Assembly: GCA_004379115.1 (NCBI GenBank) | Contig: NBNH01000208.1 | Coordinates: forward strand, 4,939-68,938 | Length of the DNA stretch: 64,000 nt | Reading direction: 5' to 3' | Origin: Actinomycetales bacterium mxb001 | Lineage (GTDB): Bacteria > Actinomycetota > Actinomycetes > S36-B12 | Shown here: piece after piece, positions 27,061 to 34,653 of the stretch | Layout of the letters: every line of letters starts with the position of its first letter | Position numbering within the stretch: the stretch's first letter is position 1 | Made by a program: the position numbers and the translations under genes | Notes under the pieces: model-generated | The model's input: only the letters and a program-made list of their open reading frames with translations | Database searches by the model: none | Told to the model about the DNA's origin: nothing

Positions 27061-28419
27061 ATGGCTGCGCGTATCGACGTCGACACCCTGATCCGCGATG
27101 TCGAGTCGGGAGATGTCGACACGGTCGTCGTGGCCATCACCGACATGCAGGGTCGTCTGCAGGGCAAGCGCATCCACGGCGAGCACTTCGTCAACGAGGT
27201 GCTCGCGCACGGCACGGAAGGCTGCAACTACCTCCTGGCCGTCGATATCGATATGAACACCGTGTCGGGCTATGCGATGTCCTCCTGGGACTCCGGCTAC
27301 GGCGACATGGTGATGAAGCCCGATCTGTCCACGCTCCATCGGATCCCGTGGCAGGAGGGGGCCGTCGGGCTGCTGTGCGACGTTCTCTGGGAGGACGGCA
27401 GCGATGTCGTGGCCTCGCCGCGGCAGGTGCTCCGCCGCCAGATCAATCGCTTGGCCGATGCGGGGATGCAGGCACTGGTCGGCACCGAGCTCGAATTCAT
27501 CGTCTTCCTCGACAGTTACGAGGAGGCCTGGGAGTCCGGCTATCGCGATCTCACCCCGGCCAATCTCTACAACGTCGACTACTCGATCCTCGGCGGAGCG
27601 CGAGTCGAGCCACTGCTGCGTCGCATCCGACTCGGCATGTCCGGGGCCGGCCTGGAGGTCGAAAGCGCCAAGGGTGAGTGCAATCTCGGCCAGCACGAGA
27701 TCGCCTTCAAATACAACGACGCGCTCGTCACCTGCGACCGGCACTCGATCTACAAGAACGGCTCCAAGGAGATCGCCGCCCAGGAGGGCATGTCGCTCAC
27801 CTTCATGGCGAAGTACAACGAGCGCGAGGGCAACTCGTGCCATATTCACCTGTCGTTCCGCGGCCTCGATGGTGCGCTGGTCATGGCCGACCACGACTCA
27901 CCCGATGGCATGAGCGACCTGGGCCGCGCCTTCGTCGCCGGCCAACTGGCCCACATGGAAGAGCTCACGCTCCTCTTCGCGCCGCAGATCAACTCCTATA
28001 AGCGCTACGTCGAAGGCTCCTTCGCGCCGACGGCGATCAAGTGGGGTCGCGACAACCGCACGTGCGCCTTCCGGCTCGTGGGCCACGGCCCGTCACTGCG
28101 TCTGGAAAACCGCGTGCCGGGCGGCGACGTCAATCCCTACCTTGCCGTCGCAGGCATCATCGCCGCCGGACTCGACGGCATCGAGCGCGGACTGTCGCTC
28201 GAGCCCGAATTCGTCGGCAATGCCTACGCGTCGGGCGCCAAGCGCGTGCCGGACTCGCTCGACAAGGCAGTGGCCCTGTGGGAGGGATCCCAGTGGGTAC
28301 GCGACACCTTCGGCGAGGAGGTCCAGGCGCACTACGCGAGGATGGGGCGCGTGGAACTCGAAGCGTTCGGCAGGGCGATCACCGACTGGGAGCGCTACCG
28401 GGGATTCGAGCGCCTGTGA
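27061..28419 (+). CDS. Glutamine synthetase-like gamma-glutamyl-amine ligase (GlnA3/GlnA4/PuuA-type)
   Basis: 452 aa. GS catalytic-domain motifs are [29 protein letters not shown] and NRTCAFRL...[16 protein letters not shown]. Confidence 0.85.
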   Translation: MAARIDVDTLIRDVESGDVDTVVVAITDMQGRLQGKRIHGEHFVNEVLAHGTEGCNYLLAVDIDMNTVSGYAMSSWDSGYGDMVMKPDLSTLHRIPWQEGAVGLLCDVLWEDGSDVVASPRQVLRRQINRLADAGMQALVGTELEFIVFLDSYEEAWESGYRDLTPANLYNVDYSILGGARVEPLLRRIRLGMSGAGLEVESAKGECNLGQHEIAFKYNDALVTCDRHSIYKNGSKEIAAQEGMSLTFMAKYNEREGNSCHIHLSFRGLDGALVMADHDSPDGMSDLGRAFVAGQLAHMEELTLLFAPQINSYKRYVEGSFAPTAIKWGRDNRTCAFRLVGHGPSLRLENRVPGGDVNPYLAVAGIIAAGLDGIERGLSLEPEFVGNAYASGAKRVPDSLDKAVALWEGSQWVRDTFGEEVQAHYARMGRVELEAFGRAITDWERYRGFERL

Positions 28420-29771
28420 CCGCCGTCATCAGCCCCGTCACCGGGCAGTCCATCGCCGACGTGCCCGCCACGAGTCTCGAAGAGACCGATCGCGCGATCG
28501 AGCGCGCCCACGCCGCCTTTGCCACCTGGCGCAACGTCGCCCCGGGCGATCGCGCGCGACTCCTGCGCCGCTTCTCCGAGGTGGTGGGGGAGCACAACGA
28601 GGAGCTCGCGCGCCTCGAGGTCGCCAACGCCGGTCACACCATCGGCAATGCGCGCTGGGAGGCCGGCAACGTCCGCGACGTGCTCGCGTACTACTCCGGA
28701 AGTCCTGAGCGCCTGTTCGGCCGGCAGATCCCGGTGGCCGGCGGCGTCGACATGACGTTCAAGGAGCCCATCGGCGTCGTCGGCGTCATCGTGCCCTGGA
28801 ACTTCCCGATGCCCATCGCGGGCTGGGGCTTCGCGCCCGCGCTCGCGGCAGGCTGCACCGTGGTGCTCAAGCCGGCCGAGGTCACCCCGCTCACAGCGAT
28901 TCGCCTGGGCGAACTCGCGCTCGAAGCGGGTCTTCCCGAGGGCGTGTTCACCGTCATCCCCGGCAAGGGCTCGGTGGTGGGCGAGCGCTTCGTCACGCAT
29001 CCGCTGGTCCGCAAGGTCGTCTTCACCGGCAGCACCGAAGTGGGCGAGCGGATCATGGCGGGCTGTGCGTCGCAGATCAAGCGGCTGACTCTCGAACTCG
29101 GCGGCAAGAGCGCCAACGTGGTGTTCGCCGACTCCGACCTGGAGAAGGCGGCGGCAACAGCGCCCTACTCGGTCTTCGACAACGCCGGCCAGGACTGCTG
29201 CGCGCGTTCACGCTTCCTGGTCGAGCGATCGGCGTTCGACCGCTTCATGTCGCTGCTGGAGCCGGCGGTGATGGGAGTTCGCGTCGAGGATCCATCGCTC
29301 GACACCTCCGAGATGGGTCCGCTCATCACGGCCGCCCACCGCGACAGCGTGGCGTCCTACGTGCCCGACGGCGCACCCGTGGCCTTTCGTGGCACGTGTC
29401 CCGACGGTCCGGGTTGGTGGTTCCCGCCAACTGTGCTGGCGCCGGTGTCGGAGTCGGACCGCGCGTACCGCGATGAGATCTTCGGCCCCGTGGTCGTGGT
29501 CGTGCCCTTCGACGATGAAGCCGATGCGATCCACAAGGCCAATGACTCCGACTACGGGCTTTCCGGGTCGATCTGGACCCGCGACGTCGGGCGCGCGCTG
29601 CGTGTCTCGCGCGGTATCGAGTCGGGCAACCTGTCCGTGAACTCCCACTCATCCGTTCGCTACTGGACGCCCTTCGGTGGCTTCAAGCGCTCGGGCCTCG
29701 GTCGCGAACTCGGTCCCGACGCGGCGGATGCCTTCACCGAGACCAAGAACGTCTTCATCTCCACCGATTGA
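28416..29771 (+). CDS. NAD(P)-dependent aldehyde dehydrogenase
   Basis: The GTG at 28416 overlaps the GS-like stop (GTGA). Motifs present: [41 protein letters not shown]. Confidence 0.9.
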   Translation: MTAVISPVTGQSIADVPATSLEETDRAIERAHAAFATWRNVAPGDRARLLRRFSEVVGEHNEELARLEVANAGHTIGNARWEAGNVRDVLAYYSGSPERLFGRQIPVAGGVDMTFKEPIGVVGVIVPWNFPMPIAGWGFAPALAAGCTVVLKPAEVTPLTAIRLGELALEAGLPEGVFTVIPGKGSVVGERFVTHPLVRKVVFTGSTEVGERIMAGCASQIKRLTLELGGKSANVVFADSDLEKAAATAPYSVFDNAGQDCCARSRFLVERSAFDRFMSLLEPAVMGVRVEDPSLDTSEMGPLITAAHRDSVASYVPDGAPVAFRGTCPDGPGWWFPPTVLAPVSESDRAYRDEIFGPVVVVVPFDDEADAIHKANDSDYGLSGSIWTRDVGRALRVSRGIESGNLSVNSHSSVRYWTPFGGFKRSGLGRELGPDAADAFTETKNVFISTD

Positions 29772-29793
29772 TTCATTGACCGAGAGGAATTCC

Positions 29794-30573
29794 ATGTCTG
29801 ACGCTGTCTGCCGTCGCCTGGTCGGCCGTACCGCGCTCATCACCGGAGGGGCGAGCGGCATCGGCTTCGCCTCGGCCCAGCGCTTGGCGAGCGAGGGTGC
29901 CAACGTCGTGATCGCCGACATGGACGAGAAGGCGGGTGAGACGGCCGCCGCGGCCGTCGGCGGGACCTTCGTCAAGGTCAACGTGACCTCACCCGAGGAC
30001 AACGACCGGATGTACAAGGTGGCCGTCGACACCTACGGATCGATCGACGTCGCCTTCCACAACGCCGGCATCTCGCCGCCCGACGACGACTCCATCCTCG
30101 ACACCGGCCTTGACGCCTGGAAGCGCGTGCAGGACGTCAACCTCACGTCGGTCTACCTCGGCTGCAAGGCGGTGCTGCCCTACATGCTGGAGCAGGGCCG
30201 CGGCTCGATCATCAACGTCGCGTCGTTCGTCGCCACGATGGGCGCCGCGACGTCGCAGATCTCCTACACGGCGTCCAAGGGCGGAGTGCTCGCGATGTCG
30301 CGAGAACTCGGCGTGCAGTTCGCGCGCCAGGGTGTGCGTGTCAACGCGATCTCGCCAGGGCCGGTGAAGACCCCGCTCCTGATGGAACTCTTCGCCAAGG
30401 ATCCCGAGCGTGCGGCGCGACGCTACGTGCACATCCCCTTCGGTCGCTTTGGCGAGCCGGAGGAGATCGCCGCCGCCGTGGCGTTCCTCGCCTCCGACGA
30501 TTCGTCGTTCATCACGGCATCGAACTTCCTCGTCGATGGCGGCATCTCCGGCGCCTACGTCACCCCGCTGTAG
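29794..30573 (+). CDS. SDR family oxidoreductase
   Basis: The ATG at 29794 is preceded by GAGAGGA. Motifs present: TALITGGASGIGFA, NAGI, and the YTASKGGV catalytic Y-x3-K. Confidence 0.9.
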   Translation: MSDAVCRRLVGRTALITGGASGIGFASAQRLASEGANVVIADMDEKAGETAAAAVGGTFVKVNVTSPEDNDRMYKVAVDTYGSIDVAFHNAGISPPDDDSILDTGLDAWKRVQDVNLTSVYLGCKAVLPYMLEQGRGSIINVASFVATMGAATSQISYTASKGGVLAMSRELGVQFARQGVRVNAISPGPVKTPLLMELFAKDPERAARRYVHIPFGRFGEPEEIAAAVAFLASDDSSFITASNFLVDGGISGAYVTPL

Positions 30574-30611
30574 CGGGGCTCCGCGTCACCCCGCTGTAGT
30601 TATCGCTCCCA

Positions 30612-30668
30612 CGAAGGTTACGGGGCCAATGTCCGCGTCACAGCGTGGAATTGGCCCCACAACCTTCG
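30612..30668. terminator. Long imperfect hairpin (18-nt arms, 16 paired) between convergent operons
   Basis: CGAAGGTTACGGGGCCAA (30612-30629) pairs with TTGGCCCCACAACCTTCG (30651-30668). There are 2 central mismatches and a 21-nt loop. Confidence 0.45.
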
Positions 30669-30681
30669 TCTGGCATTCGGG

Positions 30682-31362
30682 CTAGCTCCGGCTGAACGGC
30701 AGCACGTTGGTCAGCCACGTGATGAGGCCGTTGGGGTTGCGCGACTGGGTCCACACCAGCCCGGGCCCCGTGATCTCCAGCACGATGCCCTCGCCCGACG
30801 TGATCGACTTCATGATGCCGCCGGTCGTGCGCGCCTGCATCGCGATATAGGCGTCGTACGCGACCAGGTGGCCGGAGTCGATGACCATGCGCTCGCCCTC
30901 GTGCAGGGCGTGCTGGTCGAGCGCGCCGTACGACGCGACGACGACCTTGCCCGCCCCGTCGAAGCGCGAGACGAATCCACCTTCGCCGCCGAAGAGGTTG
31001 TTGGCGCCGCCCCACTTGGTATCCATGGCCAGGCTCTGCTCGTTAGCCAGCCAGGAGCCGCGCGTGACTGCGAGGGGACGCTCGGGCGTGGACTCGATGA
31101 CGGTGATGTCGCCGGGCAGCACCGCGGTGACGTCGACCCAGGCGCCGTCCTTGGAAGCGGTGTACGTCGTGACGAAGAACGAGTTGCCGCCGAGGGCGCT
31201 GCGGCCGAGCGACTTGAGGAAGCCACCTTCCATCTTGGCGTCGAGGGTGACGCCGTCGCTCATGGCAGCCATGGCCCCGGATTCGACCTTGACGTGCTCG
31301 GTGTTGGCGAGGGTGCAGCGGGCCACGGCGAACGAAGGGCCGTGGCGGACGTCGACCTGCAT
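30682..31362 (-). CDS. AIM24 / TIGR00266 (DUF124) family protein
   Basis: 226 aa. The sequence reads MQVDVRHGPSFAVARCTLANTEHVKVESGAMAAMSDGVTLDAKMEGGFLKSLGRSALGGNSFFVTTYTA...GEGIVLEITGPG. GAGGAG lies upstream of the ATG. Confidence 0.8.
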   Translation of the reverse strand: MQVDVRHGPSFAVARCTLANTEHVKVESGAMAAMSDGVTLDAKMEGGFLKSLGRSALGGNSFFVTTYTASKDGAWVDVTAVLPGDITVIESTPERPLAVTRGSWLANEQSLAMDTKWGGANNLFGGEGGFVSRFDGAGKVVVASYGALDQHALHEGERMVIDSGHLVAYDAYIAMQARTTGGIMKSITSGEGIVLEITGPGLVWTQSRNPNGLITWLTNVLPFSRS

Positions 31363-31382
31363 GGTGTTCTCCTCTTCAGGGG

Positions 31383-32144
31383 TTAGGTGGTGGCCGCGTC
31401 CATCAGGGCGCGGAAGAGCGGGAGTTCGGTGGTGCGTCTATCGGGATGCTCCGGGTGCCACTGCACGCCGACCGCGAAGCGCGCGTCGGGTACCTCGCAC
31501 ACCTCGATGAGGCCATCGCGCGACCAGCCGGTGGGCACCAGCGAACCGGGGTCGGCGATGCCCTGGTGGTGCGACGAGTTGGTGCTCAGGGTCCCTACGC
31601 CGTAGATGTTCGCGATGCGCGAGCCCTCGGCGAAATCGACGTCGTGCTCGGTGAAGGTGCCTGGACGCTCGCGATGGGCCAGGCCGTAGCCGGCGTCCGG
31701 CAGGTCCTGGATGAGGCTGCCGCCGTGGGCGACGGCCATGACCTGCAGGCCGCGGCAGATCCCGAGCAGCGGGAGGTCACGCTCGCGTGCGCCGCGGCAC
31801 AGCAGGATCTCGCTCGCATCGCGCTGCACGCGGGGCACATCGGTCGTGGGGTGCGGCTCGGCGCCGTAGTTGGCGGGGCCCACATCGGCACCGCCGATGA
31901 GGATGAGCCCGTCAACCCGGTCGAGGACGTCGGCATCCTCGACGTCGGGCGGCAGCAGCACCGCCCGGCCGCCGGCCTCGCGCACGGCATCGACGTACCA
32001 CTCGTGCAGGAGGGCGGCCGGCACCTCCCAGGCACCCCAGCGCGCGGGCTCGACGTAGGTCGAGACTCCGATGACGGGGCGGCTCACGGCGGCAGTCTTC
32101 ACCATGGACCCGGCGTCGCGCGGCGGACCGGCGAAGGTCATCAT
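31383..32144 (-). CDS. Gamma-glutamyl-gamma-aminobutyrate hydrolase-like class I glutamine amidotransferase (peptidase C26, PuuD-type)
   Basis: 253 aa. Motifs present: VIGVSTY, the LGICRGLQVM nucleophile Cys, and HHQG...GVQWHPE. An alternative start is the ATG at 32105. Confidence 0.85.
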   Translation of the reverse strand: MMTFAGPPRDAGSMVKTAAVSRPVIGVSTYVEPARWGAWEVPAALLHEWYVDAVREAGGRAVLLPPDVEDADVLDRVDGLILIGGADVGPANYGAEPHPTTDVPRVQRDASEILLCRGARERDLPLLGICRGLQVMAVAHGGSLIQDLPDAGYGLAHRERPGTFTEHDVDFAEGSRIANIYGVGTLSTNSSHHQGIADPGSLVPTGWSRDGLIEVCEVPDARFAVGVQWHPEHPDRRTTELPLFRALMDAATT

Positions 32145-32174
32145 GGACGGGCACGTCTTCCCCGAGGAGTTCCG

Positions 32175-33365
32175 ATGTCACTGCCCCCGCTCGTCGATCA
32201 GGCCGATGGCCTGTCGGCCGAGGAGGTCCGCCGCTACAGCCGCCACCTGATCATCCCCGACGTCGGGATGGCCGGGCAGAAGCGCCTGAAGAACGCCCGG
32301 GTGCTGTGCGTGGGCGCCGGTGGCCTGGGCAGCCCGACGCTGATGTACCTCGCGGCTGCGGGCGTCGGCACACTCGGCATCGTCGAGTTCGACGTGGTCG
32401 ACGAGTCCAATCTGCAGCGGCAGATCATCCACGGCCAGAGCGACGTGGGTCGATCGAAGGCCGAGAGCGCCCGTGATTCGGTCAAGCAGATCAATCCCTA
32501 CGTCGAGGTCATCCTCCACGAGGAGCGCCTCGACTCGAGCAACGTCATGCAGCTCTTCGCCCAATACGACCTCATCGTCGACGGCACCGACAACTTCGCG
32601 ACGCGCTACCTCGTCAACGACGCGTGCGTGCTGCTCGGCAAGCCCTACGTGTGGGGTTCGATCTATCGTTTCGACGGGCAGGCGAGCGTCTTCTGGGCCG
32701 AGCACGGCCCCTGCTACCGCTGCCTGTATCCCGAGCCCCCTCCGCCCGGCATGGTGCCGTCCTGCGCGGAAGGCGGCGTGCTCGGCGTGCTGTGCGGCAC
32801 GATCGGCTCGATCCAGGTCACCGAGGCCATCAAGCTGCTCACCGGCATCGGCGATCCGCTACTCGGGCGACTACTGGTCTACGACGCACTCGAGATGTCC
32901 TTCCGCGAGGTGCGCATCCGCAAGGATCCGAACTGCGCGGTGTGCTCGCCCAATGCCACGGTCACCGAACTCATCGACTACGACGCGTTCTGCGGTGTGA
33001 TCTCCGACGCTGCCGCCGAGGCCGCACGCGAGTCCACGATCTCCGTGCACGAACTCAAGGAGATGCTCGACGCGCGCGCCCGCGGCGAGCGCGACTTCGT
33101 GCTCATCGATGTTCGCGAGCCCATCGAGTGGGAGATCGCCACTATCGACGGGGCGGAGTTCATCCCCAAGGGCGAGTTCCTCGATGGTTCGGCGCTGGAG
33201 AAGCTGCCGCAGGACAAGCAGATCGTGCTGCACTGCAAGGTGGGTGGCCGCTCGGCCGAGGTCCTCGCCGTGCTGCACGGTGCGGGCTTCGCCGATGCGA
33301 TCCATGTCGGCGGCGGCATCAACGCGTGGTCGCTGCAGGTGGATCCCGAGACGCCGTACTACTGA
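32175..33365 (+). CDS. moeZ: Adenylyltransferase/sulfurtransferase MoeZ (ThiF/MoeB domain plus rhodanese domain)
   Basis: The ATG at 32175 gives MSLPPLVDQADGLSAEEVRRYSRHLIIPDVGMAGQKRLKNARVLCVGAGGLGSP. The motifs CYRCLYPEPPP and CAVC are present. The C-terminal rhodanese contains the active-site loop HCKVGGRS. The upstream part of ORF 31446-33365 is antisense to the PuuD-like gene. Confidence 0.9.
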   Translation: MSLPPLVDQADGLSAEEVRRYSRHLIIPDVGMAGQKRLKNARVLCVGAGGLGSPTLMYLAAAGVGTLGIVEFDVVDESNLQRQIIHGQSDVGRSKAESARDSVKQINPYVEVILHEERLDSSNVMQLFAQYDLIVDGTDNFATRYLVNDACVLLGKPYVWGSIYRFDGQASVFWAEHGPCYRCLYPEPPPPGMVPSCAEGGVLGVLCGTIGSIQVTEAIKLLTGIGDPLLGRLLVYDALEMSFREVRIRKDPNCAVCSPNATVTELIDYDAFCGVISDAAAEAARESTISVHELKEMLDARARGERDFVLIDVREPIEWEIATIDGAEFIPKGEFLDGSALEKLPQDKQIVLHCKVGGRSAEVLAVLHGAGFADAIHVGGGINAWSLQVDPETPYY

Positions 33366-33385
33366 GCCGTCGCTAGTCTCTCGAG

Positions 33386-34129
33386 GTGATCGGCCTCGGG
33401 ACCCTGCTCAACATGGCGGCCATCGTCATCGGGTCCGCGCTCGGCGTTCTCGTTGGCCATCGACTCCCTGAGCGCACGCGCGAACTCATCATGCAGGCTC
33501 TCGGCCTGGTCACGCTTGTCGTCGCCGCCCTCAACATCGCGGACATCTTCGATGAGACGTGGGTTGGTGAGGTCGGAGATGCTGGGCCACTGCTCATCGT
33601 GCTGGCCGCGATCGTCATCGGCGGGGTCGTCGGGTCGCTGCTGCGACTCGAGCAGAGAGCCGAGGCGTTCGGAGGCTGGGTCCAGCGCAGGGTGAATCGC
33701 GGAGCCGACGATGCGGGCCGGGCGCGCTTCATCGAAGGCTTCGTCGATGCCTCGCTCCTGTTTTGCATCGGCCCGCTCGCGATCCTCGGATCGATCTCGG
33801 ACGGGCTCGGCCGGGGTATCGACCAACTCGCGCTCAAGTCGGTCATCGACGGCTTCGCCTCCATCGCCTTCGCGGCTTCGCTCGGGTGGGGCGTGGCGCT
33901 CTCGGCGGTGACGGTGGGCATCGTGCAGGGCATCTTCACCCTGCTGGGCGTCCTCGTGGGACAGGTGCTCGCCACATCGGCTATCGCTGCCATCACGGCA
34001 ACGGGCGGCGTCATCTTGCTCGGACTGTCCCTGCGCTTGTTGAAGGTCAGCCGCATCGCGGTTGCCGATCTGCTGCCCGCCCTGGTGATCGCACCACTGC
34101 TCACCCTCGCGGTCGCCGCGTGGCGCTGA
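33386..34129 (+). CDS. DUF554 domain-containing membrane protein
   Basis: 247 aa. It starts MIGLGTLLNMAAIVIGSALGVLVGHRLPERTRELIMQALGLVTL and is multi-pass. Confidence 0.8.
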   Translation: MIGLGTLLNMAAIVIGSALGVLVGHRLPERTRELIMQALGLVTLVVAALNIADIFDETWVGEVGDAGPLLIVLAAIVIGGVVGSLLRLEQRAEAFGGWVQRRVNRGADDAGRARFIEGFVDASLLFCIGPLAILGSISDGLGRGIDQLALKSVIDGFASIAFAASLGWGVALSAVTVGIVQGIFTLLGVLVGQVLATSAIAAITATGGVILLGLSLRLLKVSRIAVADLLPALVIAPLLTLAVAAWR

Positions 34130-34130
34130 C

Positions 34131-34439
34131 CTAGACCAGCCAGACCTCTGTCGGCACGTCATCGATCGTGCCGGTCACGCGCAGTCCGGGTCCCCACGGG
34201 TGCGTGCCTGGGACGACGTCGTGTACGCCATGCAGACGCAGCGAGCCGTCGCTGAGCTCGAGCACCAGGGCGTCATCGTGTACGCCACCGCTCACGAGGA
34301 TGTCCGGGTAGTCCCACGGACGCGCACGCGGGCCGAAGGGCTGTCCGTCGTCGCCGATGAAGACGCCGCAGTGATGGTCGGCTCGCGCGAGGACGCCGGA
34401 GATCCAGCCGTCGAGGAGATCGCGGCTGGCGGGGTCCAC
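34131..34439 (-). CDS. Hypothetical small protein (102 aa) downstream of the CDGSH gene
   Basis: Manual translation from the GTG at complement 34437-34439 gives VDPASRDLLDGWISGVLARADHHCGVFIGDDGQPFGPRARPWDYPDILVSGG...TIDDVPTEVWLV. Third-position GC is high. It lies 7 nt after the CDGSH stop. I recognise no family. Confidence 0.45.
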   Translation of the reverse strand: MDPASRDLLDGWISGVLARADHHCGVFIGDDGQPFGPRARPWDYPDILVSGGVHDDALVLELSDGSLRLHGVHDVVPGTHPWGPGLRVTGTIDDVPTEVWLV

Positions 34440-34446
34440 TGAAGGA

Positions 34447-34644
34447 CTAGGCCTCGACGTTGGAGACGAAGCCGATCTTCTTGTGCGATCCGTCGCAGAA
34501 GGGCTTCTTCTCGGATGCGCCACACCGACACAGGTAGACCTTGTCGGCACTGCGGATCTCGGTGCCGTCGGAGGCGTTGACGCGGCAGGCGCCGGCAACC
34601 TCGAGGGGACCATCGACCAGGGGCGTAATGCTCACGTCGCTCAT
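34447..34644 (-). CDS. CDGSH iron-sulfur domain-containing protein
   Basis: 65 aa. The sequence YLCRCGASEKKPFCDGSHKK is the CDGSH 2Fe-2S motif. Confidence 0.85.
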   Translation of the reverse strand: MSDVSITPLVDGPLEVAGACRVNASDGTEIRSADKVYLCRCGASEKKPFCDGSHKKIGFVSNVEA

Positions 34645-34653
34645 GCGGTGAAC

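Noticed and set aside
31446-32174. A 243-aa N-terminal extension of the moeZ ORF.
   Set aside because: It is antisense to the PuuD-like amidohydrolase. MoeZ homology starts at MSLPPLVDQ (32175), and that ATG sits 30 nt from the divergent gene.
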